From positions 16,060,001-16,124,000 of the forward strand of contig NC_045697.1 in assembly GCF_009834535.1 (NCBI RefSeq): a stretch of DNA of 64,000 bases, given 5' to 3'. The position numbers were made by a program, and so were the translations under genes. This DNA is from Camelus ferus (Eukaryota). The notes under the pieces are model-generated. The model saw only the letters and a list, made by a program, of their open reading frames with translations, did not search any database and had not been told where the DNA came from. Positions 35,921-49,245 of this stretch are shown here, in pieces (the first letter of the stretch is position 1; every line of letters begins with the position of its first letter).

Positions 35921-36619
35921 TACCTGGCACTTGAGATAGTGACAATTGAATACAATTTGACTTCTGATTTACTGGAATAAAGAGTGTTTACATCCTCAAT
36001 TTACTATTTGCAAACTGCTGGTAAAAGACAACCAAGAACATTTACATCCCATCACATAGAGAAAAAGCACAAGCTAATTAAAAAATAAAACACTTGTTTT
36101 TTTCTAAAATGCAGTTTTCAAAGACTCCAAATTATAAATCACTAAGAAGTTTTTTGTCTTCTGTTTTTATGGTATGAGGCATAGTTAAATTTTAATCTAC
36201 ATTTCAATATCCATTAGTTCTCCAAACGAAAACAATATATATCATTTTTGAATTTATTTGTTGATAATTCATGCTTTTATTACATAATTAATTTAAAGTA
36301 AATGAAACAGTATGCATCACTTGTTAAATGGGAAAAGTAAGAATTTGTCTTTATATAGTATGAATACTATTAAAGATTATATTAGCATCTGTATAATATG
36401 ATATTTAATAATATATGAATCCCAAACCACTTGTATCTTAAATCACTTATCACACTCACTGAAAATGATAAAATGATACAAAACAATGAACGGAGGCTCA
36501 GGAGGTGATAGGTGATAGGAATGGGTGTTTTGAAAGATAAGCAACATTGGGATGTGTTTCTAGAACTTGCTTCCTGTTTCCTACTTTGGAGTTTAGGGTC
36601 TGGTGCTCTTGTTTCTGCT

Positions 36620-36750
36620 CCTTGTTCTCTTTAGCTTTTCATTCAAAGTCTCCATCCCTGAGCAGAATGCTGAGAAACTGGAGAACAGGCTGGAAAGAAG
36701 TTGAAGAACTTGGCAATCATATATATAAGTGTTTTTGAATGAATGAATGC
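36620..36750 (+). mobile_element. L2 3' end
   Basis: Ends 'gtgtttttgaatgaatgaatg'. Confidence 0.45.
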
Positions 36751-37431
36751 TGCTATTTTCCTTCAAAGTTTATGCTTTTGGGCTAAACATAGCAATAACT
36801 TTGGCTACTTTGCATTCCTATCTAGTGACTTAATTTGAGTAACAGTATTAATATTTTATCAGGAAGTCAGCATTTTCTTTTAAATATGTACTTTTAAAGC
36901 TTTATTGAACTCAAACATAGAATTTATGATACCTTGAGGCTCAGATATTTTCCATTGGAATGGTGTTCCCTTTCTTTTACAAAAGTCAATCGGTGAATGG
37001 AATTCAAAACGCAGAACTTTCTTTTAGTGATATCTAGTGTCACTGTCATTGTTTGGAGAGTTCAAAAATTCATCCTCAGATAAAGCTGTCTGGAAATCCA
37101 CTGTCACCAAGGAGCCGTCCCCATTATTTGCATTACGTTATGAAGACATCTTGTCTTGAGTCCTTTCAGTGTGCAACAGAAATTTTAGTATAGAAATTAA
37201 AAATTTTTATTTTATATTTCACAAGAATTTTAGTTCTTTTACAAAGAAAAGTCAGAGAAAGCCTAAAGGCGGGTAGATGAATATATTAACTGTTTTCTCC
37301 CATTTTTTTCTTTTTCTTCCTCATGTTTAAGCTCTCTGCTTTAAAACCCAGGAAGAAAAATGTGGCAAATCAGAAAAAGTAGAAACCTGCAAGACTTCCT
37401 GGTTTTTGCATCTAAAAGACAAAGTGCTTTA

Positions 37432-37486
37432 AAAACAAAACAAAACAAAACAAAACAATAAAATAAAATAAAACAAAACAACAAAA
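37432..37486. repeat. (AAAAC)n/(AAAAT)n pentanucleotide repeat
   Basis: Directly visible. Confidence 0.9.
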
Positions 37487-38293
37487 TCAGGGGTGGAATA
37501 AGATGAAATAATATGGAGCACTTTCTAAGAAGCAGAAGAAGGGGAAAGTGCTAACCTCAGTCTAGAAAATCATTTCCTGAGGATGTTGGGAGGGGAGGGT
37601 TATGTAGGTACCATAGAGGAGACAATACCTTGGCATTACCCTGAGAACATGGCATAACAATTGGAGGTAATCAGCTGCTGTCTTAAGCCTAAGGGTCCCA
37701 ATCTTTCCAAATGCTTGAGCCTCAAAAGTACTAGGGGAGTGTCTCAGTGACAAACCCGAAAAGATCACATGAGTGAGGCTAAATGCATTTTATCCATAAC
37801 CACTGTGGGCCAGTGGCTGAAGACTGCAATGAGCCATCCAATACATGCCACTGGAATTGAGCCTAGGATCTCAGCATCACCCTGAGGGGGCAGCCCCAAC
37901 AATAACTAAGGTTACTTCCTTTAGAATATGGAGGGAATTCAAGGGAATAATTTGGTATTTTTCAGCACATATACCTCTGCAAATTCTAATGAATCTGACA
38001 GACACTTTCTCACCTGTGATTGCTGTACTTATTCTAACACAAGTCTAAAATTCTGAATATTTCTCCCCTTAAAACTGACCTCTTTTCCCAGCTGTTGCAG
38101 TGTTTGTGTATGTATTTGTATCAGAGAGCCTTTTCCCCCAGGCAGTGAGTAATGGGGTACAGGGCTATAATAATCTACCCCTTGGGCTGCCAGTAATGGA
38201 AATCAATTTGAACTACTTTATATAATAAGGGAAAATTCTTTATAAGGCTAAAGGTGTGTTTGGGGGATTTGAGGGCATAAATGCAGGAAGACC

Positions 38294-38368
38294 TTTTTTT
38301 TTTTTAATGAACCCAGGACCTCATGCATGCTAAGCATGTGCTCTACCACTAAGATATACCCATCCCCC
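38294..38368 (-). mobile_element. tRNA-Ala(AGC)-derived SINE (camelid Vic-1-like), 3'-shortened, with poly(A)
   Basis: Minus strand GGGTATATCTTAGTGGTAGAGCACATGCTTAGCATGCATGAGGTCCTGGGTTCATT(A)12 contains an A box, an AGC anticodon arm and the start of a B box. Confidence 0.9.
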
Positions 38369-39091
38369 GTTGAACCTTGAAATGGGGCTGAAAACAGGAA
38401 ATGGACAGACATTAGCAACTCTCTCTGCTGGCTTCTTTTGAATGTCTACCCTTCTCTCTTGTCCTCTCCTCTTCTTTCTTCTTTCCTCTCCTCCCCCTCC
38501 TCCTCCTTTTCTCTCTCTTTCTGCTTTTCCATCTCCATCGCAAAATCTTGAATTGAAGTTCCTCATTGGGATGCTGCAGCTGACTAGAGGGATCTAAGCT
38601 CCAAAATTTGAAAAGATAAAATTTGATGGGACAGGAGGCTATTCTCAGTTCTAGCACATAGGAATGTTCATGTTTTTCTCCTCATTATAATCCTGAGTCC
38701 TTCATGCAGACAGACCACTAACCATCCAGCATCACATCTTTCTTGACATAGCCAAAATGGCCTGATCTAGCTGCATGTATTCATCTAAGGCTGTCATGTA
38801 AGGCTCCCTATTTGAGTATTGAGTACTATGTATAAGTGAAACTAGCAGAACATATACTCATGAGAAACACATAAAAGCTCACATGAAAGAAACATATAAA
38901 GCAATCAAGTATACAGATTATGTCCATGGAATACAATCTTTTCTTTTATTTCCTTTCCTTTTCCAAATTTTCCTCTATATGTACTTAATGGCATGCTTAA
39001 CTTTCTTCTTTCTTCTTCAAAACTAACTCCCAACCATATTTCTACTGGCTCCTTTCTTAAAAAAAAAAAAAAAAGCTATGATTTTCTCTTT

Positions 39092-39112
39092 GTAATGTAA
39101 TGTAATGTAATG
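39092..39112. repeat. (TGTAA)4 repeat
   Basis: Directly visible. Confidence 0.85.
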
Positions 39113-39589
39113 ATATTTGACGTGAATTCTTGCCCACCTTGCCCGTCTAACTTCCTGGCCCTCTTCCCGATGCACAGAGGCTAATAGAGCCTATTTGCTA
39201 AATCATGGCTTCATTAATCTCATTCTTTTACCTCTAATTTCACCCCTTCACAATTTTAAATGGATCCTGAATTTTCCACTTCCAACTGATCTGCATTTTT
39301 CTTGGTTGTGTGCTGTTGAGCAGCTGCTGTTTTCTCCCCAGAAGGGGGCGGGGGATGGTTTCCATGGAGATGGTGATGACTCTGCTCAGATATGGACCTT
39401 TCCAATATTCCTACTGCATTGGTAATTTCTAGCATCCATTCCATGTGGCGCTTCTAAGTAGTTCCATTTCCTTTTGGCAATAATCTCATTGGAATCCTGG
39501 ATCCAGAACTCTTTAATTGTCCCTGGTTTGTGGCCACCAACTTATTTAATTGACATCAAGGTGTATTTATTTGTCATTGACTCTTTACA

Positions 39590-39705
39590 TGGTTGTGTGA
39601 TGCAGAAAGCAATTCGAACGGGCACAATGCCTGTTATAAACAGGACACCTTGCTGTGGTGCTTAAACCATGGTGGGCATGAAAAAAATGCTTATTGATTG
39701 ATTTG
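39590..39705 (+). mobile_element. L2 3' end
   Basis: 'ggtgcttaaaccatggtgggcatg...aatgcttattgattgat'. Confidence 0.45.
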
Positions 39706-40027
39706 TGGCAATATAAAGGAAACTTTCAATCCCATTATACTGCTGCAGGGAAAAAACAGATTAAATGAGAATCAGTTTGAGAATGTTGTTGGCAAATTCA
39801 TTGCTTACGTTCTGTTTTAGTCATAGTGGAAGTGTTACAATATGCTGTTTTAGAGATGATTTTGCCTAACTCCGTCAAGAAAATTAATTCAGCAGTTTAG
39901 GCAAGACAGCTGGAATCATAGGAAAAGGTTGACTAGGAAAGGAGGCCATATTTGTTGAAGCACAGGTTGTTCAAAGAGTGAAAAAATGTAGAAGTGAAGA
40001 ATAAGTAAAATTATAACTTACATTGTA

Positions 40028-40390
40028 ATCATTCATTTCTCCATTCCTTTATTCACTCAGTGAACGTTCATTGAGGCCCTACCATGTGCCAAACACTGCT
40101 AGGCACTACAAATAAAATTGTGAGCAAAATATCATCTCTTCTCTGTGGAACTTAGAGTTTAATGGAGGGTACAGATATTAAAATTATAAAAACTCCTAAG
40201 GGTATAATAATAAGCAGTAATAATATCTCTAAAAGAAAAGTACAGGATGACATGAAAGCTTTAACAGAAAGGCAGAATCTATACTGAGGTGTGTGTGAGC
40301 AAAAGAAATCTAAAAGCTGAGTATGAACTGACTGGGCAGGGGACAACCAACAGAGTGGGGTTTTAAGCTGAGTTAGCATTCCAAGCAGTG
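40028..40390 (-). mobile_element. L2 3' region
   Basis: 'ttcactcagtgaacgttcattgaggccctaccatgtgccaaacactgctaggcact...ggaacttagagtttaatggagg'. Confidence 0.8.
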
Positions 40391-40399
40391 CTTAACAAC

Positions 40400-40600
40400 T
40401 GTTAATATTTGGTGTTCACTTAGGGCATTTGAGGTACACCTCTAAGTACTCTACCATGAGCCATGTTCTAACATTACCTCCACATATGAAGAAATGGAAT
40501 GCAAAGAAGTTAAGTACAAGGTGAGAGAGAGGTGAGGCCAAGATTTAAACCCAGGCAGTCTGAAACCAGAGCACATGTACCTAATCATAACTCTAATTCT
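40400..40600 (-). mobile_element. MIR SINE
   Basis: 'atgaagaaatggaatgcaaagaagttaag...gccaagatttaaacccaggcagtctg'. Confidence 0.7.
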
Positions 40601-41924
40601 CTCATGTGTGTGTGGGGGGGACGACAACTCTAGATCTAGCTTTTTGTTCTAAAATCCAGTGATTTTATAGATATGAGATCTGGGCCCAAACAACAATGTT
40701 GAATATTTGTTATCTGCTATGTAGACATAAAGTAAGCCGAGTCTATTTCTGCCAGTGGACAATGTAAATAATAAAGAGCTCATGGAACTGTAGAAGGTTG
40801 TGAGGGGCTGTCACTTGTAGGCTGTGCAAAGTGTTGATTGCCCATCATTATTTCCAGATGTCTTAAGTCTTGCTCTCTTTCTGTCCTTCCTTAGTAACTG
40901 ATATAAATACAATACTATATTTTAGCAATGATCTTGTATATGTAGAATATGCAATCTGAAACACATCCCTATCTTATTTTTTGTGACTGGGTAAATTTTT
41001 TGAAGTCATCAAAAGCCAGAAAACACTAATAATTTTTTTGATTCCCTAAGAGCTGGAGCTGGATTGATAGACTGGGACTGTTGTCATTTAAACTTGGGCT
41101 CACGCATGCTCAGGACAAATATGTGATCTGGGTTGAGAGGCGGGAAATCCCAGTTTGATATTGATTATGTTCATACCATGTGGGTGAATGAGGTCACAAG
41201 ATGGAAATACTCTCTTTGGTTGTAAAAAAAAAAAATAGTTACCAATAATTAGTTTTAAAAGTTCAATAGAAATAAGATATCTAAATGTGATACCTTGAGT
41301 GTACTGTGGTTATTACCTGTGACATACCAACTGAACTTTTGGCATACAAAACAAAACAAAAACAGAAATTAGGTTTACCTAGGCACTTAGAAGTGGAATA
41401 ATATGTACCTGGATTGCATTCAGAAGAGTTAATTTGGAGAACTCAAGCCCTCCCATCCTTTCCCTGTTCCCATAGTTGATGTTTTAGGCTATTATGTCCT
41501 AAGTGTTTGGATGTTTGCTTGTACTCCCCCACTCATTTGGCCTAAGAATAGACATATCCTAATATTGCTATGGGTCTCTTTTGGAAAAGCTAATAGTTTA
41601 ATTGTATTTTAAATTGATTTTTAATGCCCAGAGGTTCCCTAAGTGAATTTTCAAAATCTAGAAAATGAATACAGGTCTGCATTATAGCAGTGAAGGGTTC
41701 CCCCTTTATTACACTGATGTGTTAGAGGGCTGTTAAGATGTCTAATTGCTTAATGTTTCTAACACGCCTTAAGAACATTATCTACAGGATTCAGACTGAA
41801 AACAAAATATACAGTGACATATTTTTAAACACATTATCTACTTTTGAATATATAGCACAAATATATAATTTGATATGCTTTTATATATAAAATATTGAAA
41901 GAATAATTAAAATTGACATCTGGC

Positions 41925-42150
41925 AAGCTACTGGTAGCTTGCTTTACATTTTGTACCATATAGAACTTTCTCTACATTATCAAAAACTCTAAACTCAGTT
42001 TGAGCTTCACAGCACCCCTGTGAAGAAAGCAAGATTAGTAATACTAATTTGTTGATTAGTGAGGAATTTAAGTTCGGGATAGGAGAATACATTTTGCAAA
42101 GGATGCAGCTACAAAATTGGGGGTCTTAGTGCTCTTTCTAGTCTACTGCA
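41925..42150 (-). mobile_element. MIR SINE
   Basis: 'tttgagcttcacagcacccctgtgaag...gtgaggaatttaagttc'. Confidence 0.55.
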
Positions 42151-42344
42151 AAACAAACAAGTTACATATATTTTGGAAAATTTTGTATTGGATCAATTCT
42201 TTCCAAACATCAATTTGACTACCATCAAGAATAATCTAGAAATAAGCCATCAAATATCTAGCTGAAGCTCCATGTCAGAGAGGACTATGCCTTTTGGATA
42301 ACAAATAAGCCACTACCAAACTAACTGTTTATGGAACTTTGGTG

Positions 42345-42795
42345 GAGCTTTGTTTTATTGGTTGTAAGTGATAGAAATCCAATCAAACTGACTTAAGCAG
42401 AAAGAGAACTGGTTGATTCCCATACCTGCTAATTCCAAAGATAGCGCTGTCTTCAGTCTTGGTTGAATGCATGGGTTCAAAGGGTGCTATCAAGATTCTC
42501 TGATCCCCTTCACTGGGTTCAGGCTTCCTCTGTATTTGGCTTTATTCTCAGGATGGTTGTGTTTGTATGGCAGCCAACATAACTACTGGGAGATCTAAAG
42601 CTTTCATTATATTTTCAGTTTGACATTCCAGAAGAAAGTAGCACTTTTGGGGAAGACACTGGACAGCTGGATGATATGATTACTGGTGAACCAATCACTG
42701 TAGTCAGGGAGATAGAATCGCTTTAAAGGGGCAGGCTTGGGACATGTGACAGTGTCAGGAGCAGGATTTTGTGAAGTCATCCCCATCAACCAAAG
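42345..42795 (-). mobile_element. MaLR LTR (MLT1K-like)
   Basis: 'ggttgtaagtgatagaaatccaatcaaactgacttaagcagaaag', 'ggctttattctcagg', 'tgaaccaatcactgtagtcaggg'. Confidence 0.8.
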
Positions 42796-42814
42796 CTGCT
42801 CTACTTTTATCTGT

Positions 42815-42890
42815 TTTATTTGTTGAAATCCTTTGGATTTTGTTTGAAGAAATGGTTCTATGGCTTCAAAAACTTGTCAACTACTGCTTT
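42815..42890. mobile_element. hAT-Charlie MITE end (MER103-like)
   Basis: 'ttgaagaaatggttctatggcttcaaaaacttgtcaactactg'. Confidence 0.45.
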
Positions 42891-42934
42891 AGCAGAATGT
42901 TGCTTAAAACTAATAGTTAATTCTGGTTATTTGA

Positions 42935-43125
42935 TATAATAGAAGATATTTAGGATATGAAATTGGGACGCCTGGGTTTGATGTTTGGCTTTTCCATTTA
43001 CTAATCATGTGCTTTTGTGCAGAAAACTTGAGTCTCAATTTCCTTGCCTATCAAATGGCCTAAAAATAAAAAAACTTGTTAGAATCTAATGGAACAATAC
43101 ACATGAAAGTGTTCTGCAAAGTTTT
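42935..43125 (+). mobile_element. MIR SINE
   Basis: 'cctgggtttgatgtttggcttttccatttactaat...gtctcaatttcctt...catgaaagtg'. Confidence 0.7.
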
Positions 43126-43169
43126 GTTGCTGCTGTTTCAGTTGTTATTTATTTTATTAAAATTTAAGC

Positions 43170-43677
43170 TGTGTATCATTGCAAGTTCTGAAATAGATGG
43201 AAATAGATGACACAGTCAAAAGGAGTAACTGGAGATAATTTTAACAGTAGAATGCTTACAAAGATGTGGGCAAGGAATCAGCAAGCAAGGCAGAAAACAC
43301 CCTGGGACTATCAAGCATAAAAAATCATTACCTCCCCCGAGCCTGAAAGGGCAAAGAGAATGAAGAACTGCTAGAACACAGTGAGGACTAGAGCTACATT
43401 AAGGGCTGCCAAGCAGAACCTGTGGCTTTAAGTAGAGAAACATAACCAATGGCAAACCACAGCTCAGCAAGAGACGAAAGGATAAAGACCCCAACCTTGC
43501 TCTACTCTTTCACTCCAGTTTCCTCCTGACACTTTTCATTGGCCAAACCCAACTGGGATCTAGAGGGCAAGGGACCCTGGTGATGCACTCCTTAGGGGTC
43601 AGACTCCTGGGTCCCAGAACTAGCTTGGGGAGGGTGGTGAAAGGGGGTGAAGGAAGAAATGAAGACTATCTGGTACA
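43170..43677 (-). mobile_element. LTR33-family (ERVL) solo LTR
   Basis: Minus strand starts 'tgtaccagatagtcttcattt' and contains 'gtcccttgccctctagatcccagttgggtttggccaatg'; TG...CA ends, ~500 bp. Confidence 0.8.
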
Positions 43678-45418
43678 ACTCCTCTTTCACTTTAATTGGT
43701 TTATCTTATTTAAGAACATCGAATGCTTTAGCATTTCATTTAGTTTCTAGTTCATTAGAATTTAGTGATTATGAAAAATACTTAAATATGGGTTCAATGA
43801 GAAATGTTGCTTACTTTAAAACTTGCCTTATTTTATGATCTATATATGTGGTCTTAAAAAGTAGTCTAAACATTCTTCAATGTCCTGTGAAATTCCATCT
43901 TGGGTGGCTAGGACTATCTCTCACTGTGCTTGTGAAAGCAATGCAGGGTAAGCTGTGTAATTTTCTATAGCAATATTTTCAGTTGCACTTTAAATTGAAT
44001 ATTTCAAATAAGGATTTAATTTAGGTTTAATGAGGGAGTTATTATATGTTAATTAAATATAAACTGATTATTATGAATATCTATTGGGGCATAACAACCT
44101 TTTTTATTAAGATGAATATCTCTTAAACAATCAAAGCTTAGTAAATATGCTACTAATAATTAGTTTTAAAGTAACGCTCAATTGAAAGAATACATCTAAA
44201 GGCACCACCTTGAGTATAATGTGGTTATTACCTATTAAATATCAATGAATTATTGAGAATATGGTTATTCAGTTTTGACTCATAGATCTTAATAAACTGC
44301 TAGTTGTGCCTAAATAAGTCTCCATAAGTCAGCTAGTATTTAATTAACAGAAGTATTTATAGCATGGCATCTACATTAGCATATTTATAATCAAATAAAT
44401 AATATAACTCTTTTATTAAATCTAAATTAAATCCTTGCCAGAGGCATTTAAAAAGGAGTGAAACCACATTGGCTTTGTGGTCTTTAATATTTATTACATG
44501 ATTTTTAAACTTTACTAATATATTAAACAATGTGATTCATTATCTAGGGATATTATGAAGTTGCACATACTCTATTTAAGTGAAAAATATTTAGGTTAAA
44601 CTGGATAAAATAATTCTCTAAACCTCTTATTTTGGTCCATTGTAACTAGGCACAATTATGGGAAACAAACTATGTCATTATAGTTGGCTACATTTACTGT
44701 TGCTAAAGAAATTTAACCAATATGAGCAGTTGGTAGGGCTGGCATTGTGGCATGTGAGGTGTCCACAAAAGCTTCTGTAAGCAAGAGTTTGGATGCCAAG
44801 TTGCACCCACAAGGAGAGAAGCCCTGAGCGGGTCCTGTACACAGTTAGTTGTATGAGCACAAAAATAACACTGCTTATCACTCTGCAGATGAATCGGCAG
44901 TTGTCTTGCACAGTTAAAAATGGAGCATAATTTCCTCTCAAGAGTGAGGAATAAATTCCAACTAATTTTATTTCAACATTGAAATGTCATAATTAAGTGT
45001 CTTTTTTTCACACAAAGAAGCTAAGGATGCAAAGGGAGTGTTGAGGTCAGCCTCATCTCTTCTGAGGAGTCTGGTTAGCTTTTCCCTCATCCCTGCTCCA
45101 GGTGGAGGGCTTGTTTTAGGAAAACTGGTCATTTCATTTTCTCCTGGGGAAAAAAAGATCTTTGACTCTGAAGACATTTATTTCAACACCAACACTAGGA
45201 AATAATTCTGTGAGGATGCTAAAAATATGATGTTGATTTGTGGATTTGTGTTTATGCTGGCCAAAGAAATCAAGGAATGGCTACTAATAGGTGGGCCCAA
45301 AGTATGGATGAAGGACTCTACAGTCTATTTGGTGCTGGTGGGACTCCTACTTGCTTAAGCGTTGTCCTTAGGTTGTTGTGAAGTGACAGAGACATGGATG
45401 ATAATGGTGGTGATAATC

Positions 45419-45562
45419 AAGAGGAAGAAGAAGAGGAAGAGGGAGAAAGAGAAGGAGAAGGAGAAGAGGCAGGGGAAGAAGAGGAGGAAGAGAAGAGGAA
45501 GATGAAATAGGAGAAGGAAGAGGAGGAGGAGCAAAAAGGGGAGAAGACGATGAAGAAGAAGG
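45419..45562. repeat. Polypurine (GAA/GGA)n low-complexity tract
   Basis: ~140 bp of almost pure purine on the + strand. Confidence 0.95.
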
Positions 45563-45829
45563 TGACAGAGGTTTACGTTCATTACATTTATGGGGTGCCA
45601 GACAGACTTTCTGTCTGCTAGGCTGTGTTCTAATTTTCTTTGTGTGGATTGTCTTCATTTAATAACTTGTTCTCCTTTCACAGGATATTAAGGATGTCTC
45701 TTTCTTTCTCTCAGTAATGTCTTCTTCCAAGATCAATGACCATCAGGTAATCCTCTGAAAATCATCATGCCTTTGCCAATTTTGTGTCCAAGCCATTTTA
45801 CAAGGACAAGGTGCAGAAAGAGGCAGGAG

Positions 45830-45980
45830 GATGGATTAGGAAAAGCCATGGTCTGGAAATCTGCTGTCTTGATTTCTACTCTCACTTTTGCAGCTAACTA
45901 GCTATACAACTCACCAGATTCTTTATATATGAAATAAGGGGTTTGGATCTCAGATCTCAAAATCTCTTCTAGTGCTAGAC
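45830..45980 (+). mobile_element. MIR3-like SINE
   Basis: 'aggaaaagccatggtctggaaatc...ctaactagct...atgaaataaggggtttggat...tctcttctagtgcta'. Confidence 0.6.
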
Positions 45981-48689
45981 TTGTGTCCATCCTTGTGGAC
46001 ACTAGGCATTAGGTTGATCACACTTATTGCTAGAATTTGGAACATAAAATACCTTTAGAAATGTTAGTCTAACCATGTGTTGTTATTGTTCAACAGAAGT
46101 TAGTCTTTTATTTTTTTTTTTCTGTAACATTAAAACTTTATGCGTGTCCTGAAGGGATAAATAAAGATTAGTGTGGAATCTGTGCACTTAATGTCTCAGA
46201 GGAGTTCAATTACTTTCCATTCCATGTATAACAAAGGGAAAACTATTAGGATACGGAAAGCTCAGCATTTTGAAGGAGGCTGAAATGTAGCAATCATGCT
46301 ATTTTACTTTTATGTATCATATTTCTCTCCAAGATCTATTGATAGAATCTTTCAAAATTTAGCTCCTGCAGAAATAGGAATGTTGATTCTTTGGTTCAGC
46401 ATTATAGATACGAAGTTTCCCACTTAACTTTTTCTCTGCTAATGATGTGCTGAAACGGGGTAAGGTAGGTGACCAAGAGCGTTTTCCTAGAGAGTTAAAC
46501 CACTTGGATCAAATTCCCAGTGTCAGGATTAGCTTCTTTATGTACAGAGGCAAGAAAACTATGTGAACAGAAAGCTATGAGATCCTCACTACCCAGAAAC
46601 TGGATGTTTCAGTTCCAGACTACATGGCTAAGGAGATTAGGGAGGAAGGAGAAAGCTTAGATAGAGTCTTACTGGGAGACAGAGACAGCAGATTGGAATC
46701 GGTTTCTACCTTGAAATTTGGCTTTTGCATTTTTATTTCTTTTCATATCTCTGTTAGATAACTTCTTTAAGCATCTCCTTCAGTATCACTGTACTCTGAA
46801 TTATAGTTTCAACTAGTGGTGGATGAACACCACTATCAGTTTAGATATCTTATTCAGAAATCAGATTAGGGGTTTACATATACATTAATTACACTAGCAT
46901 TTCTTTTTGGCTGTTTCTCTTTCTGGTACTGACTATGTATGGCACTTCAAAATTACAAATCATGGGTGAGGTTGATTTTGCACTTGTATCTCAATTTATA
47001 TCATGGTACTTTCTCTAAGTACAAGATGAGCTTTGCCAGAGATATAGGAAATCCAAACTATAATTTAGTTTTTAAGCCATATATGCTAATATAATGTTTG
47101 TACAGCTACCATTTCAGTTACAAAAAGTGTTTAAAATTAATCTGCTGCTTAAAAAAAATTGCTCAGCTTGGGCCTGTTTGCAGCTTTCATGACTGAAATG
47201 CATGTGCGATTTTGCATATGTTATTCTGTAGTGTATTTGTTTTTGTGGATTGCATGGAATCTACTGGAATTATCTTGGAAGTTGAACATAAAAAATAGAT
47301 ATAAAAATCATCCTCTCATTTAACTCCCAAAGAAAATAGGACACTGCATTTTCTTAGAGGCCAGTCAACAACTACATACTCTTTTTAAGTGCAAAGCTTC
47401 ACTTGATCTCAACAACTTATATTGCCTGTATCTCAAATATGTGATATTAAATGACTTGATCAAACAGCTTGTCTGGCAAAAAGCAGATAAACCTCTCTCT
47501 AAGTGGTGAAGATGAACCTACTTTGAAAACACATTTAGAAATCAACCCACAAGATCAAGGTTATTCCAATGTAGCTTGAATATAGGAAACAGATAAAGAG
47601 AGACTTGAGGAAGAGAGACAAGAAATCTCTTGGAGTGATTGAGGAGAAAATTAAAACACCCAAAGTAAAGCACAATCTTGTGTTACATGACTTTGCCTTT
47701 GTTGCAAAGGCCTTTCCTTAAAACTATTGCATCCAGATTTCCTAATTTTTTCCTAACACGCCCTTTCCAGGATGCATGTTCTACCCATCGCCTTTGTGTT
47801 TCTCCGAGGCTGTCAATTATTCTGCATGTCCCTTTCTTTTCTGGAGTGCGAACACATTTTGATTAACCTCTCTTAACCCATTCAGAGTTCGTCTCTTCTG
47901 TTTGTCTTACTGTGATTTAATTCTTCTTGCCTATGTCCACTTGGATGATGGATACTTTCTTCCATTTGCTGTAAGCCAGCCCTCTCATTTTACATCTAGG
48001 AACCATTCACATGCAAGGTTGAGAAGAGATTTATAAGATCTTAATGCAATAATTCAAAAGGTGTACTGCTGTCAGATACCTGATTTTCATGGGAATAACA
48101 AACAAGTTCGCCTTGTTATAAAAGAAAACAAGATAAATGTAGGTTTAATCTTGACTTTAAACTCTTTGTTTTGTTGTCACCTTCACAGTTATGTTAAGGT
48201 TAGTTCAATGGTCCCTGGGGTTTAGAGAGAGCATTCGGGTGTCTTATATTTACATCAATATTTGAATTTAATTATACAATTTTCCAAACGCATAGGATTT
48301 GTTTGTTCTGCTGAAGATAAATGGGGTCAGCCCCAGTTTCAATTCTTCTGAGTAATTCCTTCCTAATACATTTCAGCTGGATCCACTGAACTGGAATCCG
48401 TGGACTGAAGCAGGTGGAATATAAAGTTCAATATTCCTTACATAGTGGGGCTTAAAATTTAGCCACTTATCCAAACTGAGTCAGGTTCATCCAAGGGTAA
48501 GGTGACCCTTACAATGATGTTATTACATCCTCCTTCTTCATTCTGTATCTCTGAAGGTGGTCATTTAAGTATTCCTCATTTTCTCTATATTCATTGCCAA
48601 ACTTAGCCTAAATCACCATCACTTGAACTATGGTAGCGTTTTTTTCACTTCTATATTGTTTTACCAATTATTCAGATGTTAGCTTTGAA

Positions 48690-48790
48690 GTTGCCAGGAC
48701 CTGGGTCTGTTTTTTGTTCCCACTGTATCCCCAATGCCAAGAACAATGAATGACCTATGTTAGGCATAACATACACACTGGATGAATTCA
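48690..48790 (+). mobile_element. L2 3' end
   Basis: 'gtctgttttttgttcccactgtatccccaatgccaagaacaatg'. Confidence 0.65.
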
Positions 48791-49149
48791 ACATGTATTT
48801 GCTGAATTTCTCTTAAAAAAAAAACCCGTATTAAAAATATTGTATACAGTCTTCTAAACAAACCTATCTTCTCCCAGTTTAGACTTCTAACCTCTGTCAT
48901 TTCATTTTCTCTAAACTTTCACTTCCTTAAATGCTGAAGCTAAGTAATACATCTGAACGAACCTCTTTGCTCTTTATTTTCTGCAACACTTTTTTTTGTC
49001 CTCTCCCCATTTTCTATTTGTCATTTTTCACCTATCATTCAGTTTTTAACTTAGAGCTAACTTTCCTCATCTCATTACTGAGGTAGATATTTCTTCAATG
49101 TTTACCCACCGGAATCCAATTCTTCTGCTTTGTATGTTTCTCTCTCACT

Positions 49150-49245
49150 TCAGTGTATGTTTCAGAGGACAGAGACCTTGTCTCGCTCACTGCTGTATTC
49201 CCAGGCCCTAGTAGATGCTCAGTAAATACCCATGGAAAGCTGAAC
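49150..49245 (+). mobile_element. L2 3' end
   Basis: 'gaggacagagaccttgtctcgctcactgctgtattcccagg...gtagatgctcagtaaata'. Confidence 0.7.

Noticed and set aside
37500..38290. Possible old CR1 or LTR remnants
   Set aside because: Similarity too weak to assign by eye; needs a Dfam search.
38294..38368. Functional tRNA-Ala gene
   Set aside because: The 3' T-stem and acceptor strand are missing and a poly(A) tail is present, so it is a SINE or retrocopy.
38330..38657. Arg/Lys/Gly-rich ORFs resembling nucleic-acid-binding peptides
   Set aside because: They derive from a CT-rich low-complexity tract.
45355..45658. Leu/Phe/Pro-rich ORFs resembling membrane or signal peptides
   Set aside because: Translation artefacts of the polypyrimidine strand of a simple repeat.
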